Positions 1 to 7,821 of a stretch of DNA of 22,841 nucleotides are shown here, one piece after another; position 1 is the stretch's first letter, and each line of letters starts with the position of its first letter. The notes below the pieces were generated by a model. That model did no database searches. It saw only the letters and a list, made by a program, of their open reading frames with translations, and was not told where the DNA came from. Origin of the DNA: Candidatus Methylomirabilota bacterium. GTDB taxonomy: Bacteria > Methylomirabilota > Methylomirabilia > Rokubacteriales > CSP1-6. The position numbers and the translations under genes are program-made. The stretch covers positions 1-22,841 of the forward strand of contig JBKPAK010000082.1 in NCBI GenBank assembly GCA_046726415.1, read 5' to 3'.

Positions 1-14
1 GGGGCGCCATCTCA

Positions 15-863
15 CTAGTAACTATAGAACCCTCGCCCGGTCTTGCGGCCGAGATGGCCAGCCACCACCATCCGCTTGAGGAGCGGCGGGGGGGCATAGC
101 GAGACTCCCGGAATTCCTCGAACATGACCTCGGCCACGTACATCGCCGTATCGAGGCCGACGAGATCGAGAAGCGTGAACGGCCCCATCGGGTAGCCGCA
201 GCCGAGCTTCATGGCCTGGTCGATATCTTCCAGCGAAGCCAGGCCGCTCTCATACACCCGGATGGCGTCCAGCAGATATGGCACCAGAAGTCGGTTCACG
301 ATGAAGGCCGTGGAGTCCTTGGTCTGGACTGGCGTCTTTCCCAGCGCCCGCACCCACTCTGTGGCCGTCGTCACCGACGCGTCATCGGTGAGTATGGTGC
401 GGACCACCTCGACCAGCTTCATGAGCGGTACGGGGTTAAAGAAATGCAGGCCCAAGACCTGGCCTGGGCGCTTCGTGGCCGCCGCCATGGCCGTGACATT
501 ACAGGACGAGGTGTTGCTGGCCAGGATGGCGTGCGGTGGACAGATGCGATCCAGGTTGGCGAAGGTCTCGTTCTTGAGCGCCTGATTTTCAGTCATGGCC
601 TCCACGACGAGGTCGCACGACTTGAGGTCATCGAGGCAAGTGGTGCCGGTGATCCGGGCGAGCGCGCCGTCCTTGGCCTTCGCCTCCAGCCTGCCCTTCT
701 CGACGAGGCCCTCGAGAGTCTGGCGGAGCCAGCCGAGTCTTCGCTGGACCAGTTCATCGCTGGCCTCGACCACGGTCACATTGAAGCCAGCCTGGGCCGT
801 CACCTGCACAATGCCGGACCCCATCAGACCGCAGCCGATCACCCCGACATTTTGAATGGCCAT
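15..863 (-). CDS. hbd: 3-hydroxybutyryl-CoA / 3-hydroxyacyl-CoA dehydrogenase
   Basis: Rossmann motif VGVIGCGLMGSGI, VVEAMTEN, ASNTSS, catalytic GLHFFNP, FIVNRLL, GYPMGP, GHLGRKTGRGFY; AGGAG RBS upstream. Confidence 0.93.
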   Translation of the reverse strand: MAIQNVGVIGCGLMGSGIVQVTAQAGFNVTVVEASDELVQRRLGWLRQTLEGLVEKGRLEAKAKDGALARITGTTCLDDLKSCDLVVEAMTENQALKNETFANLDRICPPHAILASNTSSCNVTAMAAATKRPGQVLGLHFFNPVPLMKLVEVVRTILTDDASVTTATEWVRALGKTPVQTKDSTAFIVNRLLVPYLLDAIRVYESGLASLEDIDQAMKLGCGYPMGPFTLLDLVGLDTAMYVAEVMFEEFRESRYAPPPLLKRMVVAGHLGRKTGRGFYSY

Positions 864-884
864 GGACGGTCTCCTGAAACGACG

Positions 885-912
885 AAGCCGGCCGCCTGTC
901 GGCGACCGGCTT
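885..912 (-). terminator. GC-rich stem-loop between the hypothetical gene and hbd (possible terminator or stabiliser)
   Basis: Minus strand AAGCCGGTCGCC-GACA-GGCGGCCGGCTT, 12-bp stem with one G-U; weak T-tail. Confidence 0.4.
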
Positions 913-929
913 GGCCGGGAAGCTCTTGG

Positions 930-1268
930 CTACTTGCGGGCGCGCCGCGCGACCGGCGTTGCCGGTACCTCGACGTGTTCGCCCGGAGGACACGGATTCT
1001 TGATGCTGGAGACCGTGAGGTTACCGTACCGGACGCTTCCGTCGGGCTGAACCTCGCCCTCCATCATCCCCTTCGCCGGGGTGGGGCCGGGATCGCGGAG
1101 CGCTTCATCGAACGCGAGCTGACGCTGCTGGTGGTCGACCGGCTGTCTGAGCACATTGTTGAGCAGGAGCGAGGCGTTGATGGACGGCTTCTGCTCCTCG
1201 GCCTGGACGAGGGCTGGCCAGCTTCCCGCCGCAGCCAGCCCGATCATCGCGCTGATCAGCAGTTTCAT
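930..1268 (-). CDS. Secreted hypothetical protein (112 aa)
   Basis: C-terminal part of ORF 930..1523; begins MKLLISAMIGLAAAGSWPALVQA (signal-peptide-like); -10-like CATACT 7 nt upstream of this ATG. Confidence 0.7.
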   Translation of the reverse strand: MKLLISAMIGLAAAGSWPALVQAEEQKPSINASLLLNNVLRQPVDHQQRQLAFDEALRDPGPTPAKGMMEGEVQPDGSVRYGNLTVSSIKNPCPPGEHVEVPATPVARRARK

Positions 1269-1328
1269 GGCGCCTAGTATGGCACGGCCTCGACGTCCAG
1301 AGCAATCCCTTGACCGAGCCCCAGCAGC

Positions 1329-1523
1329 TACGGGAACGATGTCCTCGGCGCACAGCCCGGCCCCCTGGGCCGCGGCGGTCTGACTCCGAGACCCGAAGTC
1401 GTCCTGCTCCTTTCGGCTGATCTCGTAGCGCCGCGCACGGTTCTCCGCCATGGCGGGCATGGGGCAGTCGTTGTGCTCGGCCGTCCGGGCTCCACGCAGA
1501 ATGACGATGTCTCGTTCCGTCAT
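1329..1523 (-). pseudogene. Collapsed relic of acetyl-CoA acetyltransferase (thiolase)
   Basis: Thiolase N-terminus DIVILRGART joined directly to the mid-protein block MAENRARRYEISRKEQDDFGSRSQ...EDIVPV; catalytic regions absent; lies upstream of hbd. Confidence 0.75.
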
Positions 1524-1534
1524 GCGAGCTTCCC

Positions 1535-2059
1535 TCAGTCGTACACGATGAGCGAGTGCAACGGGTAGTTTCTGAGTTTCTCCCGCCCGTGCAGGAAGCC
1601 CAGTTCGATCAGGAAGGCGACGCCGACCACGACTCCTCCCAGCAGCTCGACGAGGCGCAGGGTAGCCGCCATGGTTCCACCAGTAGCGAGCAAGTCGTCG
1701 ACGGCGAGCACGCGCTGGCCGGCCCGGACGGCGTCCTCGTGTATGGCGAGGGCATCGCGGCCGTACTCCAGCTCATACTCGACTTCGACGGTCTTGCCCG
1801 GCAACTTACCGAGCTTCCGGACGGGCACAAAGCCGCAGTTGAGCTGGTGGGCTACGGCACCCCCGAAGATGAAGCCGCGCGACTCGACGCCCACGACGAC
1901 GTCGACCCGCTCGCCCACATATTTGCTCGCCAGGACATCGACGACGAACCGGAAGGCAGGACCGTCCTTCAACAGCGTGGTGATGTCCTTGAAGAGGATC
2001 CCTTCGGTGGGGAAGTCCTTGATGTCTCGAATCTTTGCGCGGAGCTCGGAGATCTCCAT
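1535..2059 (-). CDS. apt: Adenine phosphoribosyltransferase
   Basis: DFPTEGILFKDIT, ESRGFIFG, RKLGKLP, LEYG, PRPP-binding VDDLLATGGT; ATG at 2059 preceded by GAGG (alternative GTG at 2071). Confidence 0.96.
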   Translation of the reverse strand: MEISELRAKIRDIKDFPTEGILFKDITTLLKDGPAFRFVVDVLASKYVGERVDVVVGVESRGFIFGGAVAHQLNCGFVPVRKLGKLPGKTVEVEYELEYGRDALAIHEDAVRAGQRVLAVDDLLATGGTMAATLRLVELLGGVVVGVAFLIELGFLHGREKLRNYPLHSLIVYD

Positions 2060-2067
2060 GGCCCGCC

Positions 2068-2898
2068 TCACGTTACGGCATCGCCATCCCCGTTTGCAAC
2101 GGGGTCACGCTCTGTCCTGCCCCAATCGGGCTGTCGCTTGTCCAGGAAGGCCCGGGCCCCTTCTCGGGGCTCGCCGGTCGCATACGCAGTGGCGAAGGCG
2201 TTGATGCCATAGCGCACGGCGCTGGGCAGATCGGTCTGGCGCCAGCGGATGATCAGTTCCTTCTGAAGCCGGATGGCGTTGGGCGCACAGGCCAGGATCT
2301 GCTGCAGCAGCTCGTCCGTCGCGTCGGAAAGACCCGCGGCGGGTGCCACGCGATTGACCAGCCCCCAGGCGAGGGCCTGCGCGGCCGACACCGATGTCCC
2401 ACACAGCAGCATCTCAGCCGCGCGTCCGGGCCCCGCGAGCGCAGGCAGCAGGGCTGCCTCGATGACCGACGGCACGCCCACCCGCACCTCAGGCAGCCCG
2501 AAGCTGGCCGTGTCCGCCGCCACGCGCAGGTCGCACGCCATGGCCAGTTCGAAGCCGGCTCCGAGGCATGCGCCATTCACCTCCGCGACGACGGGGAACG
2601 GGGCTCCGTGCACAGCCGTGATTGCCTCGTGCACGCTGGTGATGAGCCGCTTGGCGCTCCCCACGTCGAGGCCCTGCAATACACGGACATTCATGCCGGC
2701 CGTGAAAGCGCGACCGCGGCTGGCGATGACCGCCACTCGGACCGTGGGATCGCCGGTGAGCGTGGTGAAGCAATCGCGCAGGGCGGCGATGATCGTCGGA
2801 TCGAGCAGGTTCAAGGGCGGGCGATTCAAGACACAGCGAACCACATCGCCCGTTCGCTCGAGAACGACGGGGGCCTCAGAGGCCCGGGACGAGGCCAC
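2068..2898 (-). CDS. Enoyl-CoA hydratase/isomerase (crotonase family)
   Basis: LNRPPLN, AFTAGMN, GACLGAGFELAMACDLR, FGLPEVRVG, GLVNRV; start uncertain, GTG at 2898 chosen. Confidence 0.88.
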   Translation of the reverse strand: MASSRASEAPVVLERTGDVVRCVLNRPPLNLLDPTIIAALRDCFTTLTGDPTVRVAVIASRGRAFTAGMNVRVLQGLDVGSAKRLITSVHEAITAVHGAPFPVVAEVNGACLGAGFELAMACDLRVAADTASFGLPEVRVGVPSVIEAALLPALAGPGRAAEMLLCGTSVSAAQALAWGLVNRVAPAAGLSDATDELLQQILACAPNAIRLQKELIIRWRQTDLPSAVRYGINAFATAYATGEPREGARAFLDKRQPDWGRTERDPVANGDGDAVT

Positions 2899-2983
2899 TG
2901 AGGAAGGTGGGGGCCCCGAGAGAGCCGTTTTGGAGCGCTCTGACGGGCCAGGCCCGTTCCTCGGTTCCCGACATGGTTCTGAA

Positions 2984-3301
2984 CTAGTACCGGCGCATGG
3001 CGGGATCGATCGCACGGGCCCACAAGTCGAGCCCACCCGTCAGGTTCACCGCCTTGGCAAAGCCCTGCTGGCGCAGATAGGCGGCTACCGCCGCGCTCCG
3101 CACGCCCTGATGGCAATACACGACGATCTCGTCGTCGGGGTTGAGTTCCTCGGTCCGGAACTCGATCTCTTCGATGGGGATGTGCACGGCGCTGTCCAGC
3201 CGGGCGAGCTTCGTCTCCCAGTCCTGGCGGACGTCGAGGAGCACCGGCCGGTCGCCCCGGTCAAACCGAGCCTTCAGCTCGTGCGGACTGATCTCGTCCA
3301 T
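2984..3301 (-). CDS. Single-domain rhodanese / sulfurtransferase
   Basis: LLDVRQDWE, active-site loop VYCHQGVRS, NLTGGLDLW; GGAGG RBS before ATG at 3301. Confidence 0.92.
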   Translation of the reverse strand: MDEISPHELKARFDRGDRPVLLDVRQDWETKLARLDSAVHIPIEEIEFRTEELNPDDEIVVYCHQGVRSAAVAAYLRQQGFAKAVNLTGGLDLWARAIDPAMRRY

Positions 3302-3317
3302 GTCGCCTCCGGGATGA

Positions 3318-4172
3318 TCAGAGGGCCGCTGGCCGACCGCTGAGGAAATCGGCCATCCAGCCATTGACGTCCGCTGCCCGCTCGATCTGCGGAAAATGCC
3401 CGCAGGCCTCGACCCAGCGGCCGGTGGCGCGCGGGAAGGCATCGGTGGCCGAGGCCACGTGGGAGGGCGGGACGATCCGGTCTTCTTGTCCATGGATCAG
3501 CAGGACGGGGGCATCGAGGGTGGCGATGGCCCGTCGATACGCTTCCGATCGATCAGAGAAATCGCGTCGCACGTGGCGGAGCGTGGCGAGATAGGCCGCT
3601 CGCGCCTCGGGGCAGGTCCGGGCCTGGTAGGCGAAGTCCACCAGGAAGTCCACCTCGCTGGCCACTGGCGCGTGGAAGCAGCGCGCCAGCACGGCCCTGT
3701 AGAGCCGCGCATTGCCGAGCAACGCGAGGGCTTCGCCCAGGCCCGGCTGCACCAGCGCTCGGTAAATCCAGGACGGCTGGTAGGCAAAGCCAGGTACGAG
3801 GCTGCTAATCAGGCACAGGCGCTCGACTCGCGAGGGATGGGTGAGCGCGCAGGTGATGGCGATGGCGCCACCCAGCGAATGCCCGATCAGGGAGGCCTGG
3901 GCGAGACCCATCGTGGCCATGAAGCCGTGGACGACGCGCGCGAAGAAGCCGAGATCGTAGGCGCCGCGCGGCTTGGCCGAGCGGCCATAGCCTGGAAGAT
4001 CGAGCGCGAAGACGTGTGCGCGCCTGGCCAAGGTAGGGATGTTGTGCCGCCACGTCTCGCCGAAGCCACCCAGGCCGTGGATGAGGATGACGGTGGGCTC
4101 GCCGTCACCCTCGACGACGTAGTGCACGGCGAGCCCGTCGACGTCTCCCCCTCGCAGCCGAACTTCAGGCAT
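3318..4172 (-). CDS. Alpha/beta fold hydrolase
   Basis: LIHGLGG, DLPGYGRS, nucleophile GHSLGG, HGQEDRIVP, CGHFPQIE. Confidence 0.92.
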   Translation of the reverse strand: MPEVRLRGGDVDGLAVHYVVEGDGEPTVILIHGLGGFGETWRHNIPTLARRAHVFALDLPGYGRSAKPRGAYDLGFFARVVHGFMATMGLAQASLIGHSLGGAIAITCALTHPSRVERLCLISSLVPGFAYQPSWIYRALVQPGLGEALALLGNARLYRAVLARCFHAPVASEVDFLVDFAYQARTCPEARAAYLATLRHVRRDFSDRSEAYRRAIATLDAPVLLIHGQEDRIVPPSHVASATDAFPRATGRWVEACGHFPQIERAADVNGWMADFLSGRPAAL

Positions 4173-4342
4173 GGGATTATGAGTTTACCAGAGACGCCTT
4201 GCCGAGGAGCCGCCCCGCTCGGCGCCGGAACTCAAAGCGACTCAAGATCCTCTCGGTGTGGACGAAGCACACGCGCTCCCGAACGCGCCGGGGAGCCGCT
4301 GCAGAGGGTCGAGGACTAGGGAAGGCTCTGGCCGTGCGGGGA

Positions 4343-4389
4343 GGCCGAGGCGCGCCGCCGGCCGACACCGGCGGCGAGAGCCATCGGCC
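4343..4389. other. Long interrupted hairpin immediately downstream of the DUF72 stop
   Basis: GGCCGA/TCGGCC outer stem, GGC/GCC, perfect inner stem CGCCGCCGG (4353-4361)/CCGGCGGCG (4368-4376). Confidence 0.6.
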
Positions 4390-4394
4390 ACGAC

Positions 4395-5420
4395 TCAAGG
4401 CGACCCGACGGGAGGGAGGAAATCCCTCTGCGCGCCGAGCGGATCGCGCACCGGTTGACCGAGCAGGCGGCGCATCATCAGCGCGTTCTGCACAGGGTAG
4501 GCGCGATTGTTGTTGTTGAACGAGATGAACACGCGCTCGGCGTCGTCCGCGACCGCCGCCACCTCGGGAACCAGCGCGCGAAGTTCCGCCTCAGTGTAGA
4601 GGTAATCGTACTTCTCGCGCACCGCTGGCCTTTCGCCCCGAAGCTGCCGGAGCCAGCCCTGGGCGTTCCGGCCATGGAGCCGGAAGATCGCGGTGGGCGC
4701 TGTCACCGCGGCCACTCGCGGAATCCCCTGGCCGATCGGGGCATCGACGATCACGTGGGCGAGCCCGGCCTCGCCCAGCACGCGCAGGGTGTCGGCGGCG
4801 TGATCGGGGAACCACGAGCGGTGGCGGAATTCCACGGCAAGCATCCATCCCGGCAGCCGCGCCGGAAGCGCCGCGAGGTCGTCCAGCTGCTCCGTACTGT
4901 AGTGGACCCACGGTGCGAACTGGAACAGCACGTAGCCGAGCTTCCCGGCCTCGGCCAGTGGGCGCATGGCCTTCCGGAAAATCGTGAGACCCGCGTCGAG
5001 CGCGTCCCGCGAGAAACTCGTGGCCTCCACCTCGCCCCGCGAGGCGAGCCGCGGTGCGGCGGGGAGAAAGGCGCGCATCTCCGCGGGCAGCGCATCGAGG
5101 CGCGTGCGATGGCCGGTCAAGGGGGCGAAGGCCTTGACGTGGAAGATGAAGCCCGGCGGTGTGCGCTGGACCCAGCGGGCGGTGGTGCGAATGTCAGGCA
5201 CGGCATAGTAGGACGCGTTCACTTCGACGACGTCGAACACGCTGGCGTAGTACCGCAGGCGGGCCTCGGCATTCATCGATTTCCGGGGGTAGAAGGAGCC
5301 GTCCTCGATGAGAGCCGGATCGGCCCACGAGCAGATCCCGATTCGGATACGTTCGGGGGAGCGACCGCCGGTCGGTGTGGTGGAGGGGGCCTGGACCTGA
5401 TTATGCGCCACTGCGCGCAC
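4395..5420 (-). CDS. DUF72 (YecE-like TIM barrel) protein
   Basis: IGICSW, FYP, VEVNASYY, FHVKA, LFQFAPW, VEFRHRSW, VDAP, RLHGRN, YDYLY, FNN; exact start uncertain. Confidence 0.9.
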   Translation of the reverse strand: MRAVAHNQVQAPSTTPTGGRSPERIRIGICSWADPALIEDGSFYPRKSMNAEARLRYYASVFDVVEVNASYYAVPDIRTTARWVQRTPPGFIFHVKAFAPLTGHRTRLDALPAEMRAFLPAAPRLASRGEVEATSFSRDALDAGLTIFRKAMRPLAEAGKLGYVLFQFAPWVHYSTEQLDDLAALPARLPGWMLAVEFRHRSWFPDHAADTLRVLGEAGLAHVIVDAPIGQGIPRVAAVTAPTAIFRLHGRNAQGWLRQLRGERPAVREKYDYLYTEAELRALVPEVAAVADDAERVFISFNNNNRAYPVQNALMMRRLLGQPVRDPLGAQRDFLPPVGSP

Positions 5421-5432
5421 TGGTCCTTGCGC

Positions 5433-6179
5433 TCAGACGATCTTCTCGTAGACGCCAGGCGGGATGACGCGATAGACGGCGATCGCCTGCGACACGTTCT
5501 TGAATGACTTGTCGCCGAGGGCCTCGAGGACGAAGTGCTGCTTGATGCGCTCGGAGGTGACGGACCCTACCACGATCTCGTTCGCGCCGGCGAAGGCGCC
5601 GAGCCGGGCCGCCACGTTGGTGGTCGAACCCGTCGCGGTGAACGTCCAGCGCTGGGCCCCCGCCCCCGCCATCTTGGTGGCACCGACCAGGGCCTCGCCG
5701 GTGTTGATGCCCATGTGGAGCGAGATCGACGGGAACACACCGCCGTACTCCTCGTTGAGGGCGCGCGTCCGCTGGCGGATGGCGAAGGCCGCCCGGGTGG
5801 CGTTCAAGGCGTGGTCGCCCGAGCTTCGCTCCGCCTGGAAGATCACCATGAGCCCGTCGTCCGCCGTCGCGCTCACGTCGCCATGATGGTCGTGGATCAG
5901 CTCGAGATAGCTGGAGAAGTAGGTCTGCACGAGCTGGTTGAGCCGCTTGGGCTCCAGCTCCTGGAGCACGGTCCGGGTCACGTCGGGCCGCTCCTGGAGC
6001 ATCGCCGCCTCGATACTCGCGACGAGGGTGGCGGTGAGGCGCCGCGCCGCCATCTTGTTCTGGTCCACGAGCAGCGCCTCTTCGCGGCGCAGGGACCACA
6101 GGGTCGACGCGCCGAAGCCGACGATCATCACGGCCACGATCAGCAGCGTGATCTTGGTCGCCAGCTTCGGCCGCCGCAT
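5433..6179 (-). pseudogene. Class III adenylate/guanylate cyclase with a large in-frame internal deletion (probably inactive)
   Basis: N-terminal TM/sensor start fused to the cyclase C-terminal part (DGLMVIF, LHMGINTG, TATGSTTNVAARL, FKNV). The first metal-binding F.DI.GF strand and a second TM/HAMP are missing; G-D-G reads D-D-G. Confidence 0.7.
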
Positions 6180-6185
6180 CGAAGC

Positions 6186-6671
6186 TTAGCGCTTGGCGGC
6201 GGCGGCGATGGCTTGCGCCAGCTCCTCTGCTTCCTTGGGGTCGAGCGGGCGCAGGCGGTCGAGCACCGCCTGGGCCTCGGCGATCTTGCCCATCTGGACG
6301 TACGCCTCGCCAAGGTACTCGAGCGCCTCCGGATAGTCGGGGCGCAGGCGGAGGGCCTCCTGGTAAGCGCGGACGGATTCATCGTATTTCTTCTGGTGGC
6401 GCAGCGCGTAACCCAGGCCGTTCCAGGCCTCCGGAAAGGCCGCGCGCAGTGCGATGGCCTCCCGGTACGCCTCCTCCGCTTTGCCCCAGGCCTGCCGCTG
6501 AGCTTGAGCACGCCCTTCGTTGTAGCGGTCCTCAGCGGTCTTCGCCGGTTGCATCGGCGGGGGCGACCCTCGAGGAGTTGAACCCATCGGACCGCTATCC
6601 GCGGCCCCCGCGGATAGCGTCCACGCCACGAGAACCGACCCGGTCATCAGGAGGGCGGCGCTGTGCTTCAT
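6186..6671 (-). CDS. Exported tetratricopeptide-repeat protein
   Basis: Signal-peptide-like N-terminus; TPR repeats (AWNGLGYAL, YQEALRLRPDYPEALEYLGEAY). Confidence 0.88.
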   Translation of the reverse strand: MKHSAALLMTGSVLVAWTLSAGAADSGPMGSTPRGSPPPMQPAKTAEDRYNEGRAQAQRQAWGKAEEAYREAIALRAAFPEAWNGLGYALRHQKKYDESVRAYQEALRLRPDYPEALEYLGEAYVQMGKIAEAQAVLDRLRPLDPKEAEELAQAIAAAAKR

Positions 6672-6678
6672 GCGCAGA

Positions 6679-6687
6679 ATGCTACCA
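6679..6687 (-). promoter_or_regulatory. Extended -10 (TGG-TAGCAT) 7 nt upstream of the TPR start
   Basis: TGnTAnnnT match, no Shine-Dalgarno; leaderless spacing. Confidence 0.5.
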
Positions 6688-6743
6688 CGACACCGCGGGC
6701 GGTGGGCCGGCTTTGAGGCTTCTCAAGACCGGGCTGGCGCGAG

Positions 6744-6749
6744 TAGAAT
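6744..6749 (+). promoter_or_regulatory. -10 box TAGAAT 6 nt upstream of ATG 6756
   Basis: Near-consensus -10 in a GC-rich background; leaderless spacing. Confidence 0.55.
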
Positions 6750-6755
6750 CTGGTC

Positions 6756-6998
6756 ATGAGCTCTCGCGATAGCTTCGAAGAGTTCGAGGCGACCACCCTC
6801 TTCTGTCCGCGATGTCGCCGGGCCACCCGCACTCGCAAGCATCTCCTGCTCGTCCTGCCGACCGGGAACAAGTACGACTACCGGTGCGCCGAGTGCGCGA
6901 CCCCCGTCGGGGCCAAGACCGACAACGACACAAGCGCGTTCCGCACGACGATGCCCCCTCGGGTGCCCCCCGGCCGTCCGGTCTCGGGCCGCGGATAG
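6756..6998 (+). CDS. Small Zn-ribbon protein (CxxC...CxxC)
   Basis: CPRC and CAEC pairs flanking LLLVLPTGNKYDY; upstream -10 box. Confidence 0.75.
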   Translation: MSSRDSFEEFEATTLFCPRCRRATRTRKHLLLVLPTGNKYDYRCAECATPVGAKTDNDTSAFRTTMPPRVPPGRPVSGRG

Positions 6999-7203
6999 GC
7001 CGCGCGCGTCTCCCCTGCTGGACGGCACGAGCCCGGTTGCGCGCCGCGCCACCCCATGAGAACATCGCTCGACTTCATCGCGCCTTCCCCGACGTCGCGC
7101 AGTCGCCGTCCTCAAGCGTCCCCACCTCTGCCTGAGCCCGCGATTGCTGCGGCGGCCCACAGAGACGGGCACAGGGAGACGACGGTAGGCGAGGAGGAGA
7201 GGC

Positions 7204-7791
7204 ATGGTGGATGCGCCGAGGGTCGCACGGCGCCGTCTGTTCGCGCTGGTGGTGGCAGGAATCGCTCTGGCCATCCCGGCAGAACCGGGTGTGGATTTGC
7301 CGGATCAGCACCGCCGTGACGCGATTCTGGAATACATCCTTCTGAGCAACCCCGACGCCCCGATCCACAAGCTCGCCAACTATCCCGGATCTCTCCTGGT
7401 CCTCTCGCGGCAGGCGGGTATCGATCACTGCTTCGCCCTTGCCCACGCCGAGATCGAATCGCGGTTTTCACCGGACGCGGTGGGCAGCGCGGGCGAGGTC
7501 GGCCTCTACCAGATCCTACCCAGTACGGGGACCGTGTTCGGTCGCCGGCGGGCGGACCTCTTCGATCCGCATGTCAACACCTGGGTAGCCCTGACCTACT
7601 TCAACGACATTCTCACGCGCCGGCCGGCGCTTCGCGACGCCCTTGCGGAATACAACGGAGGCCCCCGCAATCGCTCTCCGTACTACGCCCTCGCGGTCCT
7701 CGAGAACTACACGCGCGTCCTGCGTCATCCCGCGCTTGGCTGTCAGCCCGAGCGCAACCGCGAGTTCGCCTGGTCGTACCGCCGGGCCTGA
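7204..7791 (+). CDS. Lytic transglycosylase, SLT domain, exported
   Basis: Catalytic ES motif (EIESRFSPDAVG), GLYQILP, LFDPHVN, ALAEYNGG; hydrophobic N-terminus; GAGGAGG RBS. Confidence 0.88.
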   Translation: MVDAPRVARRRLFALVVAGIALAIPAEPGVDLPDQHRRDAILEYILLSNPDAPIHKLANYPGSLLVLSRQAGIDHCFALAHAEIESRFSPDAVGSAGEVGLYQILPSTGTVFGRRRADLFDPHVNTWVALTYFNDILTRRPALRDALAEYNGGPRNRSPYYALAVLENYTRVLRHPALGCQPERNREFAWSYRRA

Positions 7792-7793
7792 AA

Positions 7794-7821
7794 AGCTCGG
7801 GGCCCACACGGCCCCCGAGCT
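7794..7821. terminator. Hairpin between the convergent SLT and HD genes
   Basis: AGCTCGGGG/CCCCGAGCT 9-bp stem; the A-run on the left gives a T-tail on the minus strand. Confidence 0.5.

Noticed and set aside
1-14. Window start GGGGCGCCATCTCA resembling the tail of the two-hairpin element
   Set aside because: Too short and truncated by the edge to support.
4247-4390. Classical MITE between the CGACTCAAG direct repeats
   Set aside because: No terminal inverted repeats inside the duplication; kept only as a structured-region finding.
7023-7040. Sigma-54 promoter (CGGCAC...TTGC) upstream of the SLT gene
   Set aside because: Spacing is 8 nt rather than the required 5.
7000-7203. c-di-AMP or c-di-GMP riboswitch before the lytic transglycosylase
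   Set aside because: Context fits but I could not find the conserved core motifs; an Rfam scan would settle it.
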